Assembly: GCA_035629865.1 (NCBI GenBank)
Contig: DASPHC010000055.1
Coordinates: 134,940-198,939, forward strand
Length of the DNA: 64,000 nucleotides
Source: Thermoanaerobaculia bacterium
Lineage (GTDB): Bacteria > Acidobacteriota > Thermoanaerobaculia > Gp7-AA8
Direction: 5' to 3'
Under the pieces are notes generated by a model. The model was not told the DNA's origin. It saw only the letters and a program-made list of their open reading frames with translations, and made no database searches. The position numbers were made by a program, and so were the translations under genes. Shown here piece after piece: positions 1 to 9,683 of the stretch (positions are counted from its first letter, which is position 1; every line of letters begins with the position of its first letter).

Positions 1-295
1 CCTGCGCCGCAAGATCATCATCGTCCCGCCGCACATGGGGCGCGACATCGCCCGGATCCCGAACGCCGAGACGATTGCCCTCACCGGCTGGGCGCTGCAC
101 GGCACCCGGGACGCCGATCACGGCCTCCCGCTTTCCGATCATGCCGACTTCGGCGAGCTGGTCTCGTTCGCCGAAAGCTCGCGCGCCAGTGTCGTTTACG
201 TCACCCACGGCTCGAAGCGCTTCGCCGACGAGCTCCGCCGCCGCGGCATCCGCGCGGAGTTCCTCCGCGGGAAGCCGCAGATGCGGCTGTTCTGA
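1..295 (+). CDS. MBL-fold metallo-hydrolase (beta-CASP/RNA-processing-like), C-terminal fragment; 5' end lies outside the window
   Basis: Open in frame from base 1. Conserved C-terminal motifs HADFGELV and VYVTHG are typical of MBL-fold nucleases. Codon usage matches the neighbours. Confidence 0.5.
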   Translation, partial: LRRKIIIVPPHMGRDIARIPNAETIALTGWALHGTRDADHGLPLSDHADFGELVSFAESSRASVVYVTHGSKRFADELRRRGIRAEFLRGKPQMRLF

Positions 296-415
296 TTCTC
301 TGGGCGCGGCGTGCGCGTTCTGCTTAGAATGCGCGCTGACTGGGGACTCGCCTTCAGATCTTCGAAACCCAACGACTCATCCTTACGTAGTAAGCCCGTG
401 TTTGGGAGGACTTGC

Positions 416-2095
416 ATGACCGCTGTTCGACGGTTGATCACAACTTTGCTGGTGACGCTCGCGGCGACCGTACTGCTCGCGCAGGAGACCACGGCCCCAC
501 GGGCGGCGACCGAGACGGTTACCGCCGAGACGGACCAGGACGCAGCAAATCCGAGAGCGCTGCAGCTCTCGCTCGACCAGGCTGTTCGCACTTCCATCGA
601 ACGGAACCTCGGCGTCCGGCTGCAGGAGTTCGAGTACCAGGAAGCCGGCTGGGGCCTCCGCTCGCAGTACGGCATCTACGACTTTCTCGGCGTCGGCCGG
701 CTGCAGGAAGTGGGCTCTCAGTCGGCGGGAACCTCGTCGATCCAGGCATCGGCGGAACGGAACGTCTCGGCACGCTTCGGCGTGCAGCAGAACCTTCCGA
801 CCGGCGGCAACTACGAGGTTTCGTTCGGGACCAACCGCGACGTCAGCACGGGCGGCGTCTCCACCTTCAGCCCGTTCTACGGCCAGCGCCTCGGGTTCAA
901 CTTCGAGCAGCCGCTGCTCCGTGACTTCGGCATCGACGTCAATCGCCGCGGCATCACCATCGCCCGCAACACTCTGGGCATCAACCACGAGACTTTCCGC
1001 ACCGCCCTGATGGACACCGCGGTCTCGGTCGAGCAGGGGTACCTGAACCTGATCTACGCCCGCCGCCGCGTCGACGTGGTCAAGGAATCGCTCTTCCTGG
1101 CACGCGACCAGGCCCGCATCACCCAGATCCGCATCGACGTCGGCGCGTCCGCGCCGCTGGACATCCTCCAGCCGCGTGTGACCATCGCCACGAGCGAAGA
1201 GCAGCTCATCATCGCCGTCGCCGACGTCCGTGAAGCCGAGGACCAGCTCCGCGGCCTGCTGCACCTCGATCCCGCGGAGTGGGATCGCCCGATCATCCCG
1301 ACCGACGCGATCGAGTACACCCCTGTGGCGATCGACACGGCTGACGCGGTGCGCCGCGCGTACGAGCTGCGGCCCGAGCTCCGCCAGGACCGCCTCGCCA
1401 CGGATACGCGCCGCGTGCAGTACCTCTACGCCCGCAACCAGACCCTCCCGGTGCTCGACCTCGACCTCGACTATGGCCTCTCCGGCTTTGCCGGCACGCG
1501 CCGCGCAGGCGGCGTGGTCGAACGGATCCCGTATGGACGCGGACTGAGCAACATCGCCGAAATGGACTTTCCGGGCTGGACGATCGGCTTCAACGTTGGC
1601 GTGCCGCTCACGAACATCGGTCCGCGCGCCGAGGCGCGCCGTGCGGAGCTCGACCTTCGCCAGTCCGAGCTGACGCAGGAGCAGACCCGCCAGAACGTCG
1701 CCCTCGACGTGCGCGGCGCCGCACGCGACGTCGACACTGCTGCCCGCTCCATCACCGCCACCCGCGCCGCGCGCGATGCGGCCGAGCGGAACGTCGAGGC
1801 GGAGCGCCGCCGCTACGAGAACGGCATGACCACGAACTTCCAGGTGCTGGAAGTGCAGCAGCAGCTCTCCGACGCCCGCATCCGCGAGCTGCAGGCGCTG
1901 GTCGGTTACAACCAGGCGGTGGCCCGTTACCACCGCGCGGTCGGCGACGTCCTCGACGTTCGCGGCATCAGCGTCGACATCCCCGAGCTCCCGGAAGAAC
2001 CGCGTATCTTCAGCAATCTGGATCGGTACAATTGGCTGAACTACGGAAGCCGGGTCGATCTGGAGGAGCAGCCGAATGACGACGGGAAACCTTGA
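416..2095 (+). CDS. TolC-family outer membrane efflux protein
   Basis: Signal peptide LLVTLAATVLLAQE. Two OEP repeats with conserved LSLDQAV and SIERNLGV motifs. The ORF is about 560 aa. Confidence 0.8.
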   Translation: MTAVRRLITTLLVTLAATVLLAQETTAPRAATETVTAETDQDAANPRALQLSLDQAVRTSIERNLGVRLQEFEYQEAGWGLRSQYGIYDFLGVGRLQEVGSQSAGTSSIQASAERNVSARFGVQQNLPTGGNYEVSFGTNRDVSTGGVSTFSPFYGQRLGFNFEQPLLRDFGIDVNRRGITIARNTLGINHETFRTALMDTAVSVEQGYLNLIYARRRVDVVKESLFLARDQARITQIRIDVGASAPLDILQPRVTIATSEEQLIIAVADVREAEDQLRGLLHLDPAEWDRPIIPTDAIEYTPVAIDTADAVRRAYELRPELRQDRLATDTRRVQYLYARNQTLPVLDLDLDYGLSGFAGTRRAGGVVERIPYGRGLSNIAEMDFPGWTIGFNVGVPLTNIGPRAEARRAELDLRQSELTQEQTRQNVALDVRGAARDVDTAARSITATRAARDAAERNVEAERRRYENGMTTNFQVLEVQQQLSDARIRELQALVGYNQAVARYHRAVGDVLDVRGISVDIPELPEEPRIFSNLDRYNWLNYGSRVDLEEQPNDDGKP

Positions 2096-2840
2096 GTCTC
2101 CGGGCGCAGGCGCGCCTGTCCAACCGCCGAAGAAGAACGTGTTCGCCAGAATCGCGGGGGTGCTGTTTTCCCCCGCGGAAACGTTTGACGATATCGCCCG
2201 CCGGCCGGACATCATCGGGCCGCTGCTGATCATTCTCGCCATCGGATACGTCACGACGTTCCTGGTCATGCCGCATCTCGATTTCGAGGCGTTGGCAATG
2301 CAGCAGGCCGAAGCGATGAGGAAGCAGAATCCCAACATGGGCGAAGGCGACGTCGAGCGGGTCGCCAGCATGACCAAGACATGGGGCCGGGCGATGGGCT
2401 TCGTCGGTCCGGTGCTCGGGGTGTTCTGGTACCTCATCGTCGCGGCCGTCCTTCTGGGTGCGTCCCGTGCGATGGGAGGGGCAGGAGACTTCAAACAGGC
2501 GCTGTCCACGACGCTCTACGCCTGGATGCCGCTGGTGCTTTACGGCATCATCGTCACGGTGATCGTCATGGCGAAGGGAATGGTCGACCCTTCGCAGATG
2601 GCGACCGTGGTGAAGTCGAATCCGGCGTTTCTGACGGATATGAAGGAGCAGCCGATTCTTTTCTCGCTCCTCTCCTCGTTCGACATTTTCACGATCTGGA
2701 CGATCATCCTGATGATCTTCGGCTTCTCCGCCTTCTCGAAGTTTTCGCGGACGAAATCGGCCGCGATCGTGGTCTCTTTGTGGTTGGTGATCATCGTCGT
2801 CAAGCTTGGGTTCGCCGCTCTGGCGGCCTCGAGAGCCTAG
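2076..2840 (+). CDS. Yip1-domain integral membrane protein
   Basis: N-terminal FSPAETF...IARRP motif of the Yip1/DUF1282 family, followed by five hydrophobic helices. The start overlaps the TolC stop. Confidence 0.6.
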   Translation: MTTGNLESPGAGAPVQPPKKNVFARIAGVLFSPAETFDDIARRPDIIGPLLIILAIGYVTTFLVMPHLDFEALAMQQAEAMRKQNPNMGEGDVERVASMTKTWGRAMGFVGPVLGVFWYLIVAAVLLGASRAMGGAGDFKQALSTTLYAWMPLVLYGIIVTVIVMAKGMVDPSQMATVVKSNPAFLTDMKEQPILFSLLSSFDIFTIWTIILMIFGFSAFSKFSRTKSAAIVVSLWLVIIVVKLGFAALAASRA

Positions 2841-2850
2841 AACGGAACCT

Positions 2851-3546
2851 ATGAGCGCAATGCCCGATACCCAGCCGGCCCACCTGATCGAGATGCACGA
2901 ATTGACGCGCGTCTACGACCTGGGCCCGCAGCAGATCTTCGCCCTTCGCGGCGTGAACCTGATCATCGAGCCGGGGGAGTATGTCGCCATCATGGGACCC
3001 TCCGGCTCGGGCAAGTCGACGTTGATGAACGTCATCGGCTGCCTCGACACGCCGACGTCGGGGTCGTATCTGCTCGACGGCGTGCCGGTGGAGACGCTCA
3101 ACGACGACGAGCTGGCCGCGATCCGCAACCGCAAGATCGGCTTCGTCTTCCAGACCTTCAACCTGCTGGCCCGCACGACGGCGCTGCAGAACGTCGAGCT
3201 GCCGCTCGTCTACGCCAAGATCTCCCGCACCGAACGCCGCCAGCTCGCCGAAGAGGCGCTGGTGGCGGTGGGGCTCGGAGACCGCATGAGCCACCAGCCG
3301 AACGAGCTCTCCGGCGGCCAGCGCCAGCGCGTCGCCATCGCCCGCGCGCTGGTGAATAAGCCGTCACTGCTGCTCGCGGACGAGCCGACGGGGAACCTTG
3401 ATTCGCAGACCGGACGGGAGATTCTCGACCTGTTCCAGGAGCTGCACTCGAACGGCAACTCGATCATCATGGTCACGCATGAGGATGATGTGGCGAAGGA
3501 AGCGAAGCGCATCATTCACATCCGCGACGGGAAGGTGAAGGATTAG
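2851..3546 (+). CDS. ABC transporter ATP-binding protein (MacB/LolD-like)
   Basis: Walker [13 protein letters not shown] signature LSGGQRQR and Walker B LLLADEPT are present. Confidence 0.85.
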   Translation: MSAMPDTQPAHLIEMHELTRVYDLGPQQIFALRGVNLIIEPGEYVAIMGPSGSGKSTLMNVIGCLDTPTSGSYLLDGVPVETLNDDELAAIRNRKIGFVFQTFNLLARTTALQNVELPLVYAKISRTERRQLAEEALVAVGLGDRMSHQPNELSGGQRQRVAIARALVNKPSLLLADEPTGNLDSQTGREILDLFQELHSNGNSIIMVTHEDDVAKEAKRIIHIRDGKVKD

Positions 3547-3557
3547 GCAGAGCACGC

Positions 3558-3643
3558 GATAGGACGAATAGGACTGATAGGACCTATAAGACGTATAGGA
3601 CTCCGATCGTCCTATCAGTCCCATAGGTCCTATCGGTCCTATG
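3558..3643. repeat. Intergenic palindromic repeat cluster (ATAGGAC x4-5 facing GTCCTAT x4)
   Basis: Seen directly. Left-half ATAGGAC copies and right-half GTCCTAT copies form a long imperfect hairpin. The same family is at 7914, 11645 and 43597. Confidence 0.7.
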
Positions 3644-3723
3644 ATCTCGACGCGCCTTCTCGAAGTCGGGAATAACACTGTTTGCACCCTTGGCACGCCT
3701 CGCGAAATGCCTTTTCGCGCAGG

Positions 3724-5559
3724 ATGGTTACACCCGCCGTGCTCACCCGAAAATTCAAGTTGTTCGTTGCGCTCGCTTTCGTCTGTCTGACGTCCGCGTC
3801 GACGCTCTCGGCTGCGGAGAAGATGCCGCTGTCGCAGGTCGAGAAGGGGATGAAGGGCTATGGCCTGACTGCCTTCGAGGGGACGAAGCTCGAGAAGTTC
3901 GACGTCGAGATTCTCGGCGTGCTGCACAACATCGGGCCCGGCCAGAACCTGATTCTGGCACATGTCGACCATCCGGTCATCCGCCGTGCGGGGGTCATCG
4001 CCGGCATGTCGGGATCGCCGATCTTCCTCGACGGCAAGGTCATCGGTGCGCTCGCGTACGCTTGGCAGTTCTCCAAGGAACCGGTCGCGGGCATTACCCC
4101 GATCGACGAGATGCTCACGCTCTCTTCCCGCCGGCTCGCGCCGAGCGGGGCCACTCCGGCGGGCGCCGTCCCACGCATGACCGCAACCGAGCTCCTGAGC
4201 GCGGTATCGCGGTCGAAGCCGGAAGAGGCCTTCGACAAGTTCATCAAGAACCTCGCCGCACCGGTCAGCGCCGTCAGCGGAGCCAGGCGGATCTCGATGC
4301 CGATGTCGGTCTCCAGCTTCAGCCCGGAGACCGTCCAGCGCTTCTCGCCTTATTTCGAACAGATGGGCTTCGTCGCCGTGCCGAGCGGTACCGCGACGGC
4401 CTCGGCTTCGACCGGCAGCAAGAGCAAGTTCAGCCCCGGCGATCCGATCGGCGCGGTGCTCCTCACCGGCGATCTGAACGTGGCGGCGACCGGTACGGTG
4501 TCGTGGGTCGACGGAAATAACGTCTACGCCTTCGGCCATCCGTTCCTCGACATGGGGGAGATCAACTTCCCGATGGCGACGTCGGAAATCGTGACGGTGC
4601 TGCCCAGCCTGGCCAGCTCATTCAAGTTCTCCAATACCGGCCCGATCGTCGGCGTCCTGCAGCAGGACCGCGCCGCCGGCATCATGGGCGTTCTCGGCGA
4701 GAAGCCGCAGATGATCCCGGTCGAGGTGACGCTCAACGGCTCCGGCCCCGAGCAGGCCTACAAGGTCAACCTCGTCCGTCACACGACGCTCTCGCCGCTG
4801 ATCCTGGCCATGGTCGCCGACTCGGTGGTCGCCAACGCCCAGCGGGCGGCGGGCGAGCGGACGGTGCTGATGGACGCGGAGATCCAGCTCAAGGGCTTCG
4901 AGCCGATCCGCCTCCGCGAGGGATGGGCCGGCGCGCAGGCGCGCCAGTCGATTCCGCAGTACCTCGCCGTGATCTCCGGCTACATGATGTCGAACGAGTT
5001 CAGCCCGACGGAGATCGAGAGCATCAAGATCCGTCTCCATCACGACGACGAGCTTCGCATTGCCCGCCTCATGGAAGCGTCGCTGGTGATGCCGGACAAG
5101 GGCCGCGTCTCGCCGGGCGACGTCGTCAAGGTGCGCACCGTCCTCAAGCCGTTCCGCGGTGAGTCGTTCGTCGAGACCTTCGACGTCCGGATCCCCGAGG
5201 ACCAGCCGGCCGGGCCGGCGTACCTGCTGGTGGGAAGCGGCTCGGTGATGAACGCCGTCGACTTCACACTCGTGCCGCCCGATCCACGGACGCTCCAGCA
5301 GGTCATCGGCGTCCTGGAGCGCCTCCGCCCGGCGACCGACCTCACCGTCGGTCTCTACTCGACCGGTGAAGGAGCGGTGACCTCCGGCGTGTATCTCCCG
5401 AATCTTCCGCCGTCGATGCAGGCGGTGGTCAGTGCGGACACGTCGAACGGACCGCAGGCGGTGGTGAAGTACCACCCCACCAAGCATGACGCCAAGCCGC
5501 TCGGCTACATCGTCGACGGCGCGCTGAAGATCGACCTCAACGTCAAACCCCAGATCTAG
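3724..5559 (+). CDS. Secreted peptidase S55 (SpoIVB-like) family protein
   Basis: Signal peptide FVALAFVCLTSASTLSA. The GMSGSPIF segment resembles the S55 serine-protease core. The ORF is long with consistent codon bias. Confidence 0.55.
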   Translation: MVTPAVLTRKFKLFVALAFVCLTSASTLSAAEKMPLSQVEKGMKGYGLTAFEGTKLEKFDVEILGVLHNIGPGQNLILAHVDHPVIRRAGVIAGMSGSPIFLDGKVIGALAYAWQFSKEPVAGITPIDEMLTLSSRRLAPSGATPAGAVPRMTATELLSAVSRSKPEEAFDKFIKNLAAPVSAVSGARRISMPMSVSSFSPETVQRFSPYFEQMGFVAVPSGTATASASTGSKSKFSPGDPIGAVLLTGDLNVAATGTVSWVDGNNVYAFGHPFLDMGEINFPMATSEIVTVLPSLASSFKFSNTGPIVGVLQQDRAAGIMGVLGEKPQMIPVEVTLNGSGPEQAYKVNLVRHTTLSPLILAMVADSVVANAQRAAGERTVLMDAEIQLKGFEPIRLREGWAGAQARQSIPQYLAVISGYMMSNEFSPTEIESIKIRLHHDDELRIARLMEASLVMPDKGRVSPGDVVKVRTVLKPFRGESFVETFDVRIPEDQPAGPAYLLVGSGSVMNAVDFTLVPPDPRTLQQVIGVLERLRPATDLTVGLYSTGEGAVTSGVYLPNLPPSMQAVVSADTSNGPQAVVKYHPTKHDAKPLGYIVDGALKIDLNVKPQI

Positions 5560-5560
5560 G

Positions 5561-5715
5561 CATGAGGTACGGGGTACGAGGAATGAGTGAGCACAGGCCT
5601 GCTCCTGCCGACGACCTCGTACCTCGTACCACTTCCGCGACAGCAGAGAGCCTGGAGATGAGTTAGGGTGCCGGTCGGCACCTCGTACCTCATGCCTCGT
5701 ACCGCATACCCCCGC
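5561..5715. repeat. Intergenic inverted repeat (GAGGTACG / CGTACCTC arms)
   Basis: catgaggtacggggtacgagg at the 5' side and cctcgtacctcatgcctcgtacc at the 3' side are reverse complements. Confidence 0.5.
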
Positions 5716-5733
5716 CGTTTTGGAAAGGAAATC

Positions 5734-7905
5734 ATGCGCCGATTCATCATCCTGATCTCGGCTCTCGTCGTTGCTACACACGCGCTCGCCGTCGCGCCGC
5801 AGTTCTGGCGCGTCGGAGCCGCCGAAGAGTTCCTGGCCGGCGAGCTCGAAGGCTTCGCCGTCACCTCGCGCGGAGAGCTGCGTGTCGCGCCGGCGATGAA
5901 GAAAGTCGCCTCCTTCACCGACCCGTTCGTCCTCTCCCAGACGGTTGCGCCGAACGGGGACCGTTTCTTCGGCACCGGCAATGACGGCAAGGTCTACCGC
6001 CTGCGCGGCGAAGAGCTGAAGGTGCTGTTCACCGCGCCGGAGCCGGAGATCTACGCCGTCTCCTTCGCGAACGGAGCCCTGCTCGCCGGCAGCTCGCCGA
6101 ACGGCAAGGTCTATCGCATCGATCCGGAGAGCGGCCAGCAGAGCGTCTTCTTCGAGCCGAAGCAGGCCTACATCTGGGCCATTGAGCCCGCGGGCAGCGA
6201 CGTCCTGGTCGCCACCGGCGTCGAAGGGCAGCTCTTCCGCGTTTCTGCAAAGGGCGAGGGCAAGATCTTCTACGACTCGGCCGACACGCACATCCGCTCG
6301 GTCGCCGTGCGGAAAGACGGGACCATCCTGGCCGGCGGGTCCGGCAAGGGACGCATCTATCAGATCGGCCGCGACGGCGCGGCCATCGCACTGTTCGAAT
6401 CGCCGCTGAACGAGATCACCGCGATCTACGTCGACGCCAACGGCACCGGCTGGGCGGCGGGGGCGAGCAACGTCCTGCCGTCGACCGCGCCGAAGACGCA
6501 GCCGAAGAGCGGCAGCGGCTCGCAACAGCAGCAGGGATCCGGCCAGTCGGGCTCCGGCGAAGCGAAGAAGGAAGGGGAGGCGACTCCGACCGTCGAAGTC
6601 TCGTTCTCCTTCGACGACTCCACCGCCACCGCGGCCTCGCAGGCCGGCTCGGCGGAGATCTATCGCATCGATGCCGACGGCTTCGTCGACACGGTCCGCA
6701 AATTCGAGCGCGAGATGATCTACGGCCTGAGCGGCGGTCCAAACGGCTCCATCCTCGTCGCGACCGGCCCGAACGGCCGCGTCTATGAATTGAGCGGCGG
6801 CGAGGTCGCTCTCGTCGGCGCCGTCCCCGAAAAGCAGGTGGTCTCCATCTCCGGCTCCGGCAACACGGCTCTGATCACCACCACCAACACCGGTGCGGTC
6901 TACCGGATGGAAGGGCGCAGCGCCGCCACCGCGGAGTTCCGCTCGGTGGCGAAGGACGCGGAGCGCTTCTCGCGCTTCGGCAACTATCGGATCGAAGGGC
7001 GCAACATGCCGGCCGGCTCGGTCGCCGTCTCGTTCCGCAGCGGCAACACCCGTACGCCCGACGCGACGTGGAGCAACTGGACCGCTCCGCAGTCGTCGCT
7101 CGAAGGGAACGTCGGCGCTCCCGCCGCGCGGTACATCCAGTGGAAGTTGACGCTGCCGAAGCCGGCCGCCGATGCGTCGGTCGACCACGTCACGGTCGCG
7201 TTCATGAACCGCAACGTGCCGCCGGAGATCGAGGCGGTCGGCGTGCAGGAGCCGGCCGTGGTCTTCATTACTTCGGCCTATCCCTCGGCGCCGCAGGTCG
7301 TGGAGGCGACGAATCCCGACGAGTACGGGATCTTCACGAGTCTCGACAATCCGCGCGAGCGCGCCGTCGCGGAGCAGGGGAAGCGGATGTTCCGCAAGGG
7401 CTTCCGCACCGTCTCCTGGCGCGCCAGCGACGACAACGGCGACACCATCCGCTACACCCTCTCGTTCCGCCGGAAGGGGAGCGAGCAGTGGCTGCGCCTC
7501 CGCGAGAACATCGAAGAGACGCAGATGAACTTCGACACCTCCCAGCTTCCGGACGGTCTCTACGAGCTGCGCCTCGTCGCCAGCGACGCCTCGGACAATC
7601 CGGAGATGCCGCTGACGGATACACGGGACGGGGTCGAGTTCCAAGTCGACAACACCGCGCCGAAGATTGCCGTCGCCACGAACGGCAGCGACGTGACGGT
7701 GCGGATCACGGATGACGTCTCGCCGATCGGCCGCGTCGAATACTCGGCCGACGCGGAGAAGTGGATCCGCATCCTCCCGGTCGACGGCATCGCCGACTCG
7801 CGCGACGAGACGTTCCGCCTCGACCGCAAGAGCGTGGACGGCAAGTTCGTGGTGGTCCGGGCGGTCGACGCGCAGTACAACGTGACCACCGAGTCGGTAC
7901 GGTAG
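5734..7905 (+). CDS. Secreted beta-propeller protein (two-component-regulator-propeller-like repeats plus Y_Y_Y/Ig-like C-terminal domains), no kinase or receiver domain
   Basis: RBS plus signal peptide RRFIILISALVVATHALA. The N-terminal region has repeated GKVYRL, GKVYRI, GRIYQI and GRVYEL blades. A Gly/Ser/Gln-rich linker follows. The C-terminus resembles Y_Y_Y domains (TVSWRASDDNGD, YELRLVASDASDN). Confidence 0.6.
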   Translation: MRRFIILISALVVATHALAVAPQFWRVGAAEEFLAGELEGFAVTSRGELRVAPAMKKVASFTDPFVLSQTVAPNGDRFFGTGNDGKVYRLRGEELKVLFTAPEPEIYAVSFANGALLAGSSPNGKVYRIDPESGQQSVFFEPKQAYIWAIEPAGSDVLVATGVEGQLFRVSAKGEGKIFYDSADTHIRSVAVRKDGTILAGGSGKGRIYQIGRDGAAIALFESPLNEITAIYVDANGTGWAAGASNVLPSTAPKTQPKSGSGSQQQQGSGQSGSGEAKKEGEATPTVEVSFSFDDSTATAASQAGSAEIYRIDADGFVDTVRKFEREMIYGLSGGPNGSILVATGPNGRVYELSGGEVALVGAVPEKQVVSISGSGNTALITTTNTGAVYRMEGRSAATAEFRSVAKDAERFSRFGNYRIEGRNMPAGSVAVSFRSGNTRTPDATWSNWTAPQSSLEGNVGAPAARYIQWKLTLPKPAADASVDHVTVAFMNRNVPPEIEAVGVQEPAVVFITSAYPSAPQVVEATNPDEYGIFTSLDNPRERAVAEQGKRMFRKGFRTVSWRASDDNGDTIRYTLSFRRKGSEQWLRLRENIEETQMNFDTSQLPDGLYELRLVASDASDNPEMPLTDTRDGVEFQVDNTAPKIAVATNGSDVTVRITDDVSPIGRVEYSADAEKWIRILPVDGIADSRDETFRLDRKSVDGKFVVVRAVDAQYNVTTESVR

Positions 7906-7913
7906 CAGCGCTG

Positions 7914-8012
7914 GACGAATAGGACCTATGGGACGAATAGGACTGATAGGACCAATGGGACTCCATGGGTCCCATCGGTCCTATTCGTCCCATTGGTCCC
8001 ATTTGTCCGATA
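7914..8012. repeat. Intergenic palindromic repeat cluster (ATAGGAC/GTCCTAT family, with GGGACC/GGTCCC variant units)
   Basis: Same family as 3558..3643. gacgaataggacctatgggacgaataggactgataggacc faces ggtcccatcggtcctattcgtcccattggtccc. Confidence 0.7.
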
Positions 8013-8042
8013 GCCTACCGGCCTGCACCGTATAATCGCTGC

Positions 8043-9683
8043 GTGGTGAGACTTCGTCCGCTCGTCCTGCCGCTGCTGCTTCTCTGCCTCGCCTGCGGCG
8101 GACCGGGCGAGAAACCGGTGGCCGATACTGCTGCGCCGCCTCCGGTCGTGGACGACCAGCCGCGGGACGGCGGGACGCTCTACCGCCGGCTCGACACTGA
8201 CATCGCCACCCTCAACCCCGTCGTCTCGACCAGCCGCTCCGACCGTCTGGTCGCGAACCTCCTGTTCACCCCGCTGATTTACATCGACCGCGACCTGCAG
8301 CCGATCCCCGGCCTGGCCGACTCCTGGGAGATCTCCGACGACGGGCTGCTGTACACCTTCGACCTCAACCCCAAAGCGACGTTTTCCGACGGCAGGCCTG
8401 TCCGGCCGCGCGACGTCATTTTCACGCTCGAGAAGATCCTCGATCCGAAATCGGAGGCGGTGCAGATCACCGGCTCCTTCGACCTGCTCGACGTGGCCCG
8501 CACCCGCGTCGTGGACGAGGACACCGTCGAGATCGCGTTCAAGCAGGCGCTCGCCACGCAACTCATCAAGTTCAATGACGTCATCATCGTCCCGGAGCAT
8601 GTCTATGCCCCGGGCAACTTCCGGAAGGACTACAACGACCGCGCCGTCGGCAGCGGCCCGTACCGCCTGGTGCGATGGGTGCCGGGGAAAGAAGTGGTCG
8701 TCGAGCGCCGCGCCGATTACTGGGGGAAGCGGCCTTACATCCAGACCGTCGTCTTCAAGGTGATCGGCGACCATGGCACCGCGTTCAACGCGCTCAAGCG
8801 GGGGGAGCTCGACGAGAGCATCGTCCCCTCGGACACCTGGTGGCGCGAGCGCAACAACCCGGAAGTGACCAAGAAGATCGAGTTCCAGCGCTTCTACACG
8901 CGGAACTACAACTTCATCGCCTGGAACAACCGCAACCCGCTCCTGAGCGACAAGCGCGTACGGCGCGCGCTGGCCATGAGCATCCCGATCGAGAGCATCA
9001 TCAAGGACATCTTCCACGACACCGCGCGCGCCATGACCGGCCACTTCACGCCGGACGAGTGGGCGTACAACCCCACCGTCCCGGCCATCCGTCACGACCT
9101 CGACGGGGCACGGAAACTTCTCGCCGCGGCCGGCTTTGTGGACAGCAACGGTGACGGTGTGGTCGAGAAGAACGGCCGCCCGTTCAAAATCTCGATCGTG
9201 ATCATCGCCGGCAGTTCGACCGCCCAGCAGATCGCGCAGATGGTCCAGGCGGAGCTGAAGAAAGTAGGCGTGCAGCTCGACATCGCCCTGATGGACGGCG
9301 CGATGGCCATCACCCGCATCCTGGCCGGCAACTACGAAGCCGCGTACCTGTCGTGGGACCTCGATCCCGATCCCGATCCGTACATCCTCTTCCACTCCTC
9401 GCAGATCCCGCCGCGCGGCCAGAACGTCGTCTACTACACGAACCCCGAGGCCGACCGGCTCATCGACGCGGCCCGGCGCGAGCTCGACGCCGGCAAGCGG
9501 AAAGACCTCTACTGGAGGCTCCACGAAGTGCTTTCCGAGGACCAGCCGTACGCCTGGATCGTGCAGGTGTCGGCAAAATGGGCCATGAGCAAGCGCGTGC
9601 ACGGGGTGGTGCCGAGCCGCGGCTTCGGCCTCTTCAACTGGTACCCCGCCGAGAACGACTGGTGGATCGCGCCGGAGCGATGA
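8043..9683 (+). CDS. ABC transporter substrate-binding protein, family 5 (peptide/nickel type), lipoprotein
   Basis: GTG start. Lipobox LLLCLACGG. SBP_bac_5 architecture with YRLVRWVPGKEVV and a C-terminal AWIVQ motif. Confidence 0.85.
   Translation: MVRLRPLVLPLLLLCLACGGPGEKPVADTAAPPPVVDDQPRDGGTLYRRLDTDIATLNPVVSTSRSDRLVANLLFTPLIYIDRDLQPIPGLADSWEISDDGLLYTFDLNPKATFSDGRPVRPRDVIFTLEKILDPKSEAVQITGSFDLLDVARTRVVDEDTVEIAFKQALATQLIKFNDVIIVPEHVYAPGNFRKDYNDRAVGSGPYRLVRWVPGKEVVVERRADYWGKRPYIQTVVFKVIGDHGTAFNALKRGELDESIVPSDTWWRERNNPEVTKKIEFQRFYTRNYNFIAWNNRNPLLSDKRVRRALAMSIPIESIIKDIFHDTARAMTGHFTPDEWAYNPTVPAIRHDLDGARKLLAAAGFVDSNGDGVVEKNGRPFKISIVIIAGSSTAQQIAQMVQAELKKVGVQLDIALMDGAMAITRILAGNYEAAYLSWDLDPDPDPYILFHSSQIPPRGQNVVYYTNPEADRLIDAARRELDAGKRKDLYWRLHEVLSEDQPYAWIVQVSAKWAMSKRVHGVVPSRGFGLFNWYPAENDWWIAPER

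Noticed and set aside
383-2509. 708-aa minus-strand ORF antisense to the TolC and Yip1 genes
   Set aside because: Arg/Gly/Asp-rich low-complexity translation typical of high-GC shadow ORFs. The opposite strand carries genes with clear family motifs.
3671-3700. Sigma-54-like promoter element (TTGCA....TGGCAC) upstream of the peptidase gene
   Set aside because: The GG and GC boxes are in the wrong relative order and spacing for the TGGCAC-N5-TTGCW consensus on either strand.
4618-7644. 1008-aa minus-strand ORF spanning the peptidase and propeller genes
   Set aside because: Same shadow-ORF signature (RRRG/DRDR runs) and no motifs. The sense-strand genes have signal peptides and domain repeats.
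7926-9602. 558-aa minus-strand ORF antisense to the ABC substrate-binding protein
   Set aside because: Shadow ORF. The substrate-binding protein gene has a lipobox and a family-5 layout.
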